Source of the DNA: a virus
Reading direction: 5' to 3' (one strand)
Virus record (IMG/VR): IMGVR_UViG_3300007352_000006
Length of the DNA: 50,118 bases
Shown in pieces: positions 7,752-15,343 of this stretch. A program made the position numbers and the translations under genes. Below the pieces are notes generated by a model. The model saw nothing but the letters and a program-made list of their open reading frames with translations, ran no database searches and was not told the origin of the DNA. Numbering within the stretch: position 1 is the first letter of the stretch; every line of letters starts with the position of its first letter.

Positions 7752-7780
7752 AATCTAGTCAAAAATGGCGAGGGAGTCAA
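7752..7780 (-). promoter_or_regulatory. sigma70-like transposase promoter TTGACT-N17-TAGATT, partly inside the right IR
   Basis: Minus-strand hexamers at 7780-7775 and 7757-7752. Confidence 0.4.
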
Positions 7781-7793
7781 GTATATAATTCCC
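7772..7793. repeat. IS terminal inverted repeat (right) GGGAGTCAAGTATATAATTCCC
   Basis: Reverse complement of 6233-6254 with one mismatch. Confidence 0.9.
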
Positions 7794-7801
7794 TAATATA
7801 T
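7794..7801. repeat. Target-site duplication TAATATAT (right copy)
   Basis: Identical to 6225-6232. Confidence 0.85.
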
Positions 7802-7817
7802 GGAAGTGTTGTCATGG

Positions 7818-8075
7818 TTATTCTCCCTGTGCTTGGTGGGTCCACCCCAATCCGAGCTTGCGTGCGCAATCAGGCCCAATCGGGTGCGCCCCGCAATCGC
7901 CAGCGTCGGGCTTGTAATTGGCTTCGTCGGCCGGGTGCAGCACGTAAGCGCCGCCGCCGATCAAGTGGACCATGCGATAAGGCGTGCCCGGCCTGATGTC
8001 GCGCTGGCACCGGCAGCAAAATATATTCGTTTTCGGCTGATGCCGCGCGTTGAAGTCAAGGAATTTCGTCCGCAT
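7818..8075 (-). CDS. Cys-rich hypothetical protein, 85 aa (intact paralogue)
   Basis: CCRC ... DCGAHPIGPDC; RBS in the GGGGAGAGTGAGCT junction. Confidence 0.6.
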   Translation of the reverse strand: MRTKFLDFNARHQPKTNIFCCRCQRDIRPGTPYRMVHLIGGGAYVLHPADEANYKPDAGDCGAHPIGPDCARKLGLGWTHQAQGE

Positions 8076-8078
8076 AGC

Positions 8079-8144
8079 TCACTCTCCCCGTGCCTTGGCG
8101 ATGGCTGGCAGTTCCCGGACGATATTGTGTCGGGTGAAAGTCAT
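8079..8144 (-). CDS. 21-aa leader ORF
   Basis: Below cutoff; AAGGAGG RBS; ends ...ARGE-stop GCTATG like other junctions in the island. Confidence 0.25.
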   Translation of the reverse strand: MTFTRHNIVRELPAIAKARGE

Positions 8145-8170
8145 CTTCGGCCTCCTTGGTTGATTGTCAC

Positions 8171-8199
8171 AATATAGCGACCGGCGGGGCAGGAGTCAA
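8171..8199 (-). promoter_or_regulatory. sigma70-like promoter TTGACT-N17-TATATT for the leftward island
   Basis: Minus-strand hexamers at 8199-8194 and 8176-8171. Confidence 0.5.
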
Positions 8200-8213
8200 T
8201 AAGGAAGATATTC

Positions 8214-8669
8214 ATGGCGAAGAAAAAAGCGCTTTCTCGGAAGCCTGAAGAATCTGATCTCGGGCCACCAGAACCTACAGCCAGGCTTGAACGCATTATT
8301 GACCAAGCTGCGGCATTTCCCCGTGTCCGGAGACGGATTGAGAATGTGTTGGATTACTACAAGGCGAGCGATCGGATATCGGCGGACCAACACAAGGCAG
8401 GAATGACATTCAGACGGTTATGGATTCTCGCGAATCAGCTACCGAAAATCATTAGTCGATACGATCGAATTGGACATGGAATTGAGGTACTTTGTGAACG
8501 GCAGGTCGAGGCAAAAGGCGAGATAGACAATATTTTACGCAAAATGACCGTTGAATGTCGTGATATCACGGTAACTGTATGTGGGTTGGATACACCTGCC
8601 GGGCGGGGAAAGATGGATTATCTTCGAGCCGGGCTGGACATAATAGGTAACTACAAACCGCTTGCGTGA
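8214..8669 (+). CDS. hypothetical protein, 151 aa, first gene of rightward late block
   Basis: ORF with AAGGAAG RBS; no motif recognised. Confidence 0.55.
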   Translation: MAKKKALSRKPEESDLGPPEPTARLERIIDQAAAFPRVRRRIENVLDYYKASDRISADQHKAGMTFRRLWILANQLPKIISRYDRIGHGIEVLCERQVEAKGEIDNILRKMTVECRDITVTVCGLDTPAGRGKMDYLRAGLDIIGNYKPLA

Positions 8670-8709
8670 ATAAACGGGATATGGTAAAGACGATGGACCA
8701 TCAGAAATT

Positions 8710-9357
8710 ATGTCCATGGGAAACCGTCAAACCAAGCCCGGTGTTGATTGGGAATTGATCCGGCAGAGAATCGCGGCCGGCGAGAGCCTGAGAGAGATCA
8801 GCAAAACGGCCGGATGTTCTCATGTGGCAATCAGCCGGAGAGCCAGGCGGGAGGGATGGGCGGTAATCCCGGCGGCAGCACATTGGGACAAGCGGATTCG
8901 GAAAACCGGAACGGCTCGTAAATTGGCCGCTGCCGAACAAGGCAAACCAGGCGCCGGCTATTTGAAGCGGTACGGTTTGAGAACCCCCGAAAACATTTCG
9001 ATAATCCTAGAACAATGCAAGCTGGGCGCATCCGAGCGAGTGATAGCGGCTAAAATCGGCATGAGTCTAGGCGGATATCAGGCATGGGTCGAATCCGATG
9101 CCGAACTCAGAACCCAGATCGAAGATGCTCAGGCAGACTTTGCATGTCGTCACCTCGATAGCGTCTCAAAAGCCGGATACAGAGGTGATTGGAAGGCTTC
9201 AGAGGCTATCCTGAAAAGGCATAAATTGACGCGCGAAGACTGGAGCGATGGTCAGGGTAAGGTTGCCGCCCAACTTGCAGTCCAGATCAACATTGGCCGA
9301 GCTTCTCCTGACGAACAGCCGCAAGTCATTGAGATATCTGGTAAAACGGCGGATTAG
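8710..9357 (+). CDS. terS: putative terminase small subunit
   Basis: N-terminal HTH ESLREISKTAGCSHVAISRRAR; lies upstream of terL; GDWKASEAILKRH-type C-terminus. Confidence 0.5.
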   Translation: MSMGNRQTKPGVDWELIRQRIAAGESLREISKTAGCSHVAISRRARREGWAVIPAAAHWDKRIRKTGTARKLAAAEQGKPGAGYLKRYGLRTPENISIILEQCKLGASERVIAAKIGMSLGGYQAWVESDAELRTQIEDAQADFACRHLDSVSKAGYRGDWKASEAILKRHKLTREDWSDGQGKVAAQLAVQINIGRASPDEQPQVIEISGKTAD

Positions 9358-9658
9358 CCCGTGCCTGCTTTCCATAATGCATCTTATCCGGTCGTGGTTA
9401 ATAGGCCGTACACGAATGAAAGTGCGGTAATCTGATACCGACCTTTGGTGTCTGGCCGCCGTCGCGCCCGCGCGGCTTCGGCCTCATTCACACCCCCGTT
9501 TCGGTTTCCGAATTCGCTTACCTCCGTTCTAAAAACAAAATCCGCGTGGGTTCCCGGCTACCTGCGGTTGTGATTTTCGCCCGTTTCTGGTCCTGTTCCG
9601 GACTTCGGTGCCAGAAATCCCGTGCTGACACCAGTTTCGCGCTACTTCTGATAGAAGG
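9358..9658. other. 301-bp non-coding gap, candidate pac/cos or late regulatory region
   Basis: No credible ORF; hairpin TTCTGG...CCAGAA at about 9585-9617. Confidence 0.2.
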
Positions 9659-9904
9659 ATGATGTCGGTGACCCTATTGTTGTGCGCCGCTGCTCTATTA
9701 GGAATGTGGTGGCTTGGGGTTTACGGGCTTATTCTGTTCGGGCAGATTACATTGCCGCTTCACCGTTATTTTAGTGTTCGGGCCGGAGGTCCCTCTTGGG
9801 GGGTAGATGAACAGTTTTCCAGGAAGATGACCGGGCTTGGGGCGATTCTGGCGGCGTGTGTTGCCATACCGGGAGCGACTATTATTTTTCTGCTGGGGCC
9901 ATGA
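9659..9904 (+). CDS. small membrane protein, 81 aa
   Basis: Two hydrophobic helices (LLLCAAALLGMWWLGVYGLILF; LGAILAACVAIPGATIIFLL). Confidence 0.5.
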   Translation: MMSVTLLLCAAALLGMWWLGVYGLILFGQITLPLHRYFSVRAGGPSWGVDEQFSRKMTGLGAILAACVAIPGATIIFLLGP

Positions 9905-10092
9905 TGCCTGAACCGAAGGAGATCAACATTAACGCCTTTGTCGGGGCATCTCCTTCCGGTACGTTCAGCCTTGTAATACAGTTGGATGGATTCAGGGATC
10001 ATGAACTGGCCACCAGATGCGGCGAAGCTCTCCTGGGGCTGATCTACGAGAATCTGAGACAGAACGCCCCTACCACTGAGGTCGAGCAATGA
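9901..10092 (+). CDS. hypothetical protein, 63 aa
   Basis: ATG 9901 forms an ATGA overlap with the upstream stop. Confidence 0.45.
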   Translation: MMPEPKEININAFVGASPSGTFSLVIQLDGFRDHELATRCGEALLGLIYENLRQNAPTTEVEQ

Positions 10093-10253
10093 ACGGTTCC
10101 CAGAGCCGATCCAAGCGACAAAAGGTCGAGAAGGTCATGGGGGAGTACAAGCGGGGTGAGCTTCACTCCGGCAAGAAGGGCCCCGTGGTCAAATCCAGGA
10201 GTCAGGCCGTAGCGATTGCGATGTCCGAGGCGGGTATCGGAAAGAAAGGATGA
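10089..10253 (+). CDS. small DUF6496-like protein, 54 aa
   Basis: Below cutoff: KVEKVMGEYKRGELHSGKKGPVVKSRSQAVAIAMSEAG resembles that family; ATGA overlap. Confidence 0.45.
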   Translation: MNGSQSRSKRQKVEKVMGEYKRGELHSGKKGPVVKSRSQAVAIAMSEAGIGKKG

Positions 10254-10259
10254 TTGGCA

Positions 10260-10496
10260 ATGTACGCCGGCATGAGATTTGGCATCAGGGCGGTTTTAAG
10301 AAATGGGACGACCATTGAATTCGGCTGGTCTGACAGTGAGGATGTCGTTCGTATTCTTTTCGGAAAATTCAGGTCAGCATTATTGGAATCGGATGATCGG
10401 CGTTTGGGGAGGCCAATTTGGCATCCTGATAGCATTGATGTGTTTCTGGACTTGAGCGAGATTGCTGGCGCATCAATCGTTTCCAGAGTTTATTGA
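10260..10496 (+). CDS. hypothetical protein, 78 aa
   Basis: ATG 10260 (track start 10254 is TTG). Confidence 0.45.
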   Translation: MYAGMRFGIRAVLRNGTTIEFGWSDSEDVVRILFGKFRSALLESDDRRLGRPIWHPDSIDVFLDLSEIAGASIVSRVY

Positions 10497-10521
10497 GGCC
10501 AGATGAAGAAGAAATGACCCC

Positions 10522-10683
10522 GTGAAGCCCTGCAAGCACAAATACGACCGAAAACTCCTCAGGGAACACGAGTATATGTGGGATAATTTCAGTGATCCAT
10601 CAAAGTACATCCCTGGAATGTTGTATTACAGGCCGTGTCGGCTATGTGGAGACCGGAAGCTGGTCAAGTGGGTTGCTGATTGA
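10522..10683 (+). CDS. mini zinc-ribbon-like protein, 53 aa
   Basis: GTG-start ORF below cutoff; CKHKY ... CRLCGDRK; stop overlaps the terL start. Confidence 0.25.
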   Translation: MKPCKHKYDRKLLREHEYMWDNFSDPSKYIPGMLYYRPCRLCGDRKLVKWVAD

Positions 10684-12107
10684 TTGTTCTCGATTACACC
10701 CCGCAACCAAGACAGAAACTGCTCCATGAAACTCCGGCGACGTTCATACTCTACGGCGGTGCTGCCGGGGGGGCGAAAAGCCACGGACTGCGCTGGGATT
10801 TGTACGGTTGGTGTCTGACAGTTCCAGGTATCGACTGCTTCCTTTTCCGCAAAACACTTCCTGAGCTTGAGGCGAATCACATCCGCAAGATGCGTGCGGA
10901 GATTCCCGGCTCCATTGCCACCTACAACGAGTCCCGCAAGAGACTAGAATTCCTGAACGGTTCCGGTCTGAATATGTGTTTCTGCGAAACCGACGATGAT
11001 GTCGTGAAGTACCAGGGCTCGGAAATGCATGTCTTCGCTTTTGACGAGGCTGCTCTTGCGAAACCCGATCACCTGGCCTTCCTGCTGACCCGTAATCGAC
11101 TCGGGGGATTCCAGGAGCGAATCCCGCCGCAATATCGCCATCTTCTGCCGAGGGCCGTGTTTTCCTCCAACCCCGGAGGCCCGGCGCACAACTTCCTGAA
11201 AGAGAACTTCATCGACCCCGCTCCGGCGGAGACGGTCTTTCTCCATCCCCTGTACAGGCGGAAGACCATCTTCATCCCGTCCTCGATGAAGGACAACAAG
11301 TACCTCGATACCGGGTATGAAAACCAGTTCGTCGGGCTGCCCGAGGAACGGAGAAAAGCTCTCGTCGAGGGAGATTGGGATGCCATTGTCGGACAGGCTC
11401 TTCCGATAGACCGTTCCGTCCACATGATTGGTCCATTCAAACCTCCACCCCATTGGACGAAGTTCATGGCGATGGATTGGGGTACGGCGAGGCCGTTTTC
11501 CGTTGGCTGGTACTGCGTCTCGGAGGGGACCGAGGTCGAGTGGAAGATCGGGAATTGGGGGAAGAGATATCTCCCCGCGGGGTCAGTGATTCGGTATCGG
11601 GAATGGTATGGCTGGAACGGCAAAGCCAACCACGGTTGTCGGATGGAATCCCCGGCAGTAGCGAAGAAGATTCTCGAAATCGAAAACGGGGAAAACATCG
11701 ATTACCGTATTGCTGATGGTGCGATGTGGGCCAAAACAGACGGCCCCTCTCCGGCTGAGAGAATGCTTGAAGCTACAGATGGCAGACTGGCCCTTCGCTC
11801 CACAGGGGCCAAGGACCGCAAGATGATGTACGCCGAATGCATTGCGAGACTCATGGGGCAGGACGGCCATCCGATGTTCTTTGCGACATCTGATTGTAAG
11901 CATTTCTGGAGAACGGTTCCAGTATTGATTACAGACGAAATAGACCCCGACAAAGGGCCGGATACAAAGATGGAGGACCACGTATACGATGAATGGTCCT
12001 ATGCTATGCGTTCTCGTCCCTTCATTCAGACGAAGGACGACAGATGGTATCAAGAGAACTACGAAGATTTGAAAAATCTTAAGCCGATTGATCCGTATGC
12101 AACATAA
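10680..12107 (+). CDS. terL: terminase large subunit
   Basis: Walker A GGAAGGAKSH, VFAFDEA Walker B-like motif, nuclease-like C-terminal half; TTG start; 475 aa. Confidence 0.85.
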   Translation: MIVLDYTPQPRQKLLHETPATFILYGGAAGGAKSHGLRWDLYGWCLTVPGIDCFLFRKTLPELEANHIRKMRAEIPGSIATYNESRKRLEFLNGSGLNMCFCETDDDVVKYQGSEMHVFAFDEAALAKPDHLAFLLTRNRLGGFQERIPPQYRHLLPRAVFSSNPGGPAHNFLKENFIDPAPAETVFLHPLYRRKTIFIPSSMKDNKYLDTGYENQFVGLPEERRKALVEGDWDAIVGQALPIDRSVHMIGPFKPPPHWTKFMAMDWGTARPFSVGWYCVSEGTEVEWKIGNWGKRYLPAGSVIRYREWYGWNGKANHGCRMESPAVAKKILEIENGENIDYRIADGAMWAKTDGPSPAERMLEATDGRLALRSTGAKDRKMMYAECIARLMGQDGHPMFFATSDCKHFWRTVPVLITDEIDPDKGPDTKMEDHVYDEWSYAMRSRPFIQTKDDRWYQENYEDLKNLKPIDPYAT

Positions 12108-12849
12108 TCCTACCGTCTATATTACCGAACATATCAATTCCAAGGTAGTTGGTTCGGCCTTTGCGGAAGGCTGCGGGGGCCGGATAGCCTCACCCGTTCG
12201 GCTTCTTGATGGGCCGGCAGTCGTATATGGAATCCTTAGAGGATGCGGCGACATCATACGCCAAGCCGAGTGGGTGGGGCGGGATTTCTTCCATATTGAC
12301 CTCGGGTATTTCAAACGGGGTCACTATGAGGGTTACTACAGAGTTACGCAGAACGCCTTCCAAGCCGATCTTGACGATGTTCTCGTAAGACCAGACAGGT
12401 GGGAAACCCTAAAAATCCCCCTTCGTCCATGGAAAAGGACGGGACGGAACGTAGTCGTATGTCCGATGACGGGAGCCGTGGGCGATTTTCTCAACATCAA
12501 TACGAGAAAATGGATCGAAACCGTTACCGACGAATTGAGGAAGTATACCGAACGCCCAATAATCGTGAAGCCTAAGGGCGATGTCGATATATCCGAGATG
12601 TTTGAGGACGCGTGGTGTGTTGTCACACACTCATCGAATGCTGCCGTGGATGCGGTTTTAGCCGGAGTCCCCGTCGTGACCCTGGGGGATTCGGCCTGCG
12701 AACAGATTTCTTGGGGTTTAAGTGATATCGAATCTCCATTCTGGCCTGAACGGGACTGGTGGTGCCATAAACTCGCCTATCATCAGTTTACTCTTGATGA
12801 ATTCCGTAACGGCGTGGCATGGAAAATCCTTCAGGAACACGATGTTTGA
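12097..12849 (+). CDS. putative GT-B-like glycosyltransferase
   Basis: VVTHSSNAAVDAVLAGVPVVTLGDS resembles the donor-binding half of GT-B enzymes; ATG 12097 preferred to TTG 12088. Confidence 0.4.
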   Translation: MQHNPTVYITEHINSKVVGSAFAEGCGGRIASPVRLLDGPAVVYGILRGCGDIIRQAEWVGRDFFHIDLGYFKRGHYEGYYRVTQNAFQADLDDVLVRPDRWETLKIPLRPWKRTGRNVVVCPMTGAVGDFLNINTRKWIETVTDELRKYTERPIIVKPKGDVDISEMFEDAWCVVTHSSNAAVDAVLAGVPVVTLGDSACEQISWGLSDIESPFWPERDWWCHKLAYHQFTLDEFRNGVAWKILQEHDV

Positions 12850-13441
12850 AGTCATCACCATCGAAGGAATCCAGTATCCGAATCACTCTGATGCTCAGAG
12901 ATGGTATGACCAGCTTCAATATCTGAAAATCGGCCTTTCATACGTCAAGAATTTCGACCTCGCCATTGATGGTGGAGCGTTTGTCGGGGCATGGACGCGG
13001 GAAATGGCGAAAAGATTCAAGAAGGTTGTTGCTTTCGAGCCCGACCCGCAGAATTTCGAGCTTCTGAAGCGAAATACGAAGGAATTCGATAACGTTTTTC
13101 TTCACAACGCCGCTTTGGGCGACCAGAACACGAAAATCGGCCTTGACGGCAAGGTTCCGTGTTCAAGATACATCATTCCGGAGGGCGAAATCCAAATGCT
13201 AAGACTGGATTCGCTCAATCTTGCCCCAACATTCGTGAAATTCGACCTTGAGGGCACTGAAATCTTCGCTCTCCGTGGAGCAGAACAGACCCTGAAGGCA
13301 TATAAGCCAGTTGTTCAGATGGAATACAAGGACAGGGTGTGGGATCGATACAATTCCGGTGATCCGGAAAGGCTTTTGAAATCATGGGGCTGGAAATTCC
13401 AGGAAAAGGCCCACGTTGACCGTATCTACACATGGACCTGA
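12842..13441 (+). CDS. FkbM-family SAM-dependent methyltransferase
   Basis: AIDGGAFVGAWT, VVAFEPDPQNFELLKRN, VKFDLEGTEIFALRG motifs. Confidence 0.7.
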   Translation: MFEVITIEGIQYPNHSDAQRWYDQLQYLKIGLSYVKNFDLAIDGGAFVGAWTREMAKRFKKVVAFEPDPQNFELLKRNTKEFDNVFLHNAALGDQNTKIGLDGKVPCSRYIIPEGEIQMLRLDSLNLAPTFVKFDLEGTEIFALRGAEQTLKAYKPVVQMEYKDRVWDRYNSGDPERLLKSWGWKFQEKAHVDRIYTWT

Positions 13442-13941
13442 TCGAACAGTACCGGATGATGCATGAAGCCGGGAAGTTTCCCGGTTTTTCCTGTCTCCCT
13501 CATCTGAATGAGATCGGTCTTGCGATCATGCGATCGAGATCGAAGACGCTTCTGGACTATGGCTCAGGTGACGGGCAGCAGTACTCTCTTGCCAAGCTCG
13601 ACAAACGCTGGGGTGTTGAGGTCACCTGTTACGATCCAGCGGTGAAGAAATTCGAGACGAAACCATTTCGGAAATTCGATTTCGTTCTCTGCTGTGACGT
13701 TCTTGAACACATTCCGGAAGAGGGCATTGGCCCGGTTCTCGGGGATGTCTTCTGGCACGCCGGGAAATATGTCTTTTTGACCATATCGACCAGGGAAGCG
13801 AGGAAAACGCTTCCCGATGGAAGAAACTGCCATTTGACGGTGAAGCCGATTGAATGGTGGCTACAGCAGATCGGCCCAAGACAGGTGCCCTACGATGTCG
13901 TTTTCGATGAAAAGAATTCTATGTCTTCTCGGGCTTCATGA
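13432..13941 (+). CDS. class I SAM-dependent methyltransferase
   Basis: LLDYGSGDGQ glycine-rich SAM motif and CCDVLEHIPEE. Confidence 0.6.
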   Translation: MDLIEQYRMMHEAGKFPGFSCLPHLNEIGLAIMRSRSKTLLDYGSGDGQQYSLAKLDKRWGVEVTCYDPAVKKFETKPFRKFDFVLCCDVLEHIPEEGIGPVLGDVFWHAGKYVFLTISTREARKTLPDGRNCHLTVKPIEWWLQQIGPRQVPYDVVFDEKNSMSSRAS

Positions 13942-14056
13942 CGACCAGGTTACGTGGTTCGGCCGGAGAAAGGTCGGACAAAACGAATACGTCCTCTCGG
14001 TTCATGTCTGCCGTGTGTGCGGAAGAAGAAAGAATGTAACGAATGATCACCGATAA
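13907..14056 (+). CDS. mini zinc-ribbon-like protein, 49 aa
   Basis: MKRILCLLGLHDD ... CRVCGRRK; paralogous pattern to 10522..10683 and 15155..15343. Confidence 0.35.
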   Translation: MKRILCLLGLHDDQVTWFGRRKVGQNEYVLSVHVCRVCGRRKNVTNDHR

Positions 14057-14987
14057 GATTGACAACATCACCAGTATCGGCCCGGAATTCCGGGCTTCTT
14101 TTTTGCCCGCCCCGAAAAGCGTCAAGATCGAACTGACGGGACGCTGTAACTACCGATGTGGATTCTGCGCTCTTCGCACCCGTACCGTACAGCCGAAATC
14201 AGACATGGATTGGGATTTGTACACCCGTCTGGTTCTGGAAATGCGACAGGCGGATGTCGAGGAACTCGGGATGTTCTATCTCGGCGAATCCTTTCTTTTC
14301 GATTGGCTCCCAGAGGCAATCCGGTTCGCCAAGTCGGCGGGATTCCCATATGTCTTCCTGACCACGAACGGTTCCTGTGCGACCCCGGAAATGGTCGAAG
14401 CCTGCATGGCCGCCGGGCTGGACTCCCTGAAATTCTCAATGAACAACGCCGATGAAGCACAATTCACGAAAGTCGCCGGGGTGAAGGCGAAACTGTGGGC
14501 CGATGCGATAGCAAATCTTCATGCAGCCCGTAAAATACGCGATCAGGGCCCATACGATTGCGGGTTATACGCTTCTTCGATCCGGTACGACGGCGAACAG
14601 CAGGAGAAAATGGAGGCGTTCCTTGAACGGGACGTAATCCCTTATGTGGATGAGCATTACTGGCTACCCCTTTATTCTATGGGCTCTCTGGCTGCACGGC
14701 GTGAGAAAGAGCTTGGATACCGTCCGATTGCCGGAAACCAGGGGAGACTCGGCAATCTCAGGGAGCCGCTGCCGTGCTGGTCCGCCTTTACCGAGGGACA
14801 TATCACTGCCTCGGGAAAACTCAGCGCGTGTTGTTTCGATGCCGACGAACGTTGGGCGATGGCTGATCTCACGGAAGTTGGGTTCATGGACGGATGGAAT
14901 TCCGAATCCTTCCAACGATTACGGGCCGCTCACTTGAAAAAGGATGTCTTCGGAACGCCGTGTGAGGAATGCGTCGCATATGCCTGA
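14043..14987 (+). CDS. radical SAM enzyme with SPASM/twitch-like C-terminal Cys cluster
   Basis: CNYRCGFC (CX3CX2C) near the N-terminus; C-terminal CWSAF..GKLSACC and PCEEC. Confidence 0.8.
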   Translation: MITDKIDNITSIGPEFRASFLPAPKSVKIELTGRCNYRCGFCALRTRTVQPKSDMDWDLYTRLVLEMRQADVEELGMFYLGESFLFDWLPEAIRFAKSAGFPYVFLTTNGSCATPEMVEACMAAGLDSLKFSMNNADEAQFTKVAGVKAKLWADAIANLHAARKIRDQGPYDCGLYASSIRYDGEQQEKMEAFLERDVIPYVDEHYWLPLYSMGSLAARREKELGYRPIAGNQGRLGNLREPLPCWSAFTEGHITASGKLSACCFDADERWAMADLTEVGFMDGWNSESFQRLRAAHLKKDVFGTPCEECVAYA

Positions 14988-15162
14988 TTGGGGGCGCATC
15001 GAAAATCAATACGGCGTTGATTTCGTGGCCTATCTGAAGAGTATTGGTTATCCGGATGATCCTGTAACCAAAGAACTGTCCGAGAATGACGGATATCCAG
15101 GAATTGAAATAATCCACAGTGCGTGGAAGGCATGGAATGAAGGATTTCGTTGCTATGCCTAG
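14980..15162 (+). CDS. hypothetical protein, 60 aa
   Basis: ATG 14980 overlaps the rSAM stop by 8 nt. Confidence 0.4.
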   Translation: MPDWGRIENQYGVDFVAYLKSIGYPDDPVTKELSENDGYPGIEIIHSAWKAWNEGFRCYA

Positions 15163-15343
15163 CGAACAAGCAATAACCGGGATGATTTTATTGTTATGCC
15201 TTTATCTCCCGCTTCTAATCTGGCTCGCTTTCGTAATCATAAAAGATAATGGGCTCATATGTCGTCTGATTGATCATAAGACGGTGTATTTCTGTTCTGG
15301 TTGGGTTCGATGCGACAGATGTTTTAAATGGTTTAATCAATGA
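15155..15343 (+). CDS. small membrane plus zinc-ribbon-like protein, 62 aa
   Basis: TM helix ITGMILLLCLYLPLLIWLAFVII then ICRLIDHK ... CDRC. Confidence 0.4.
   Translation: MPSEQAITGMILLLCLYLPLLIWLAFVIIKDNGLICRLIDHKTVYFCSGWVRCDRCFKWFNQ

Larger units (their letters stand above)
6233..7793 (-). mobile_element. IS1595-family insertion sequence, 1561 bp, carrying transposase plus two passenger ORFs
   Basis: 22-bp terminal inverted repeats (21/22), 8-bp TSD, IS1595-type transposase inside. Confidence 0.85.

Noticed and set aside
6773-7996. 407-aa plus-strand ORF antisense to the IS transposase. Similar long antisense ORFs are 4578..5927(+), 16068..16859(-), 17354..18103(-), 19371..20141(-), 21483..22250(-), 23499..24425(-), 31751..32518(-) and 45034..46410(+).
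   Set aside because: Each lies exactly opposite a well-supported gene. Their composition is Arg/Gly/Ala-rich or otherwise implausible, and they lack RBS or coupling context. These are typical shadow ORFs of GC-biased coding sequence.
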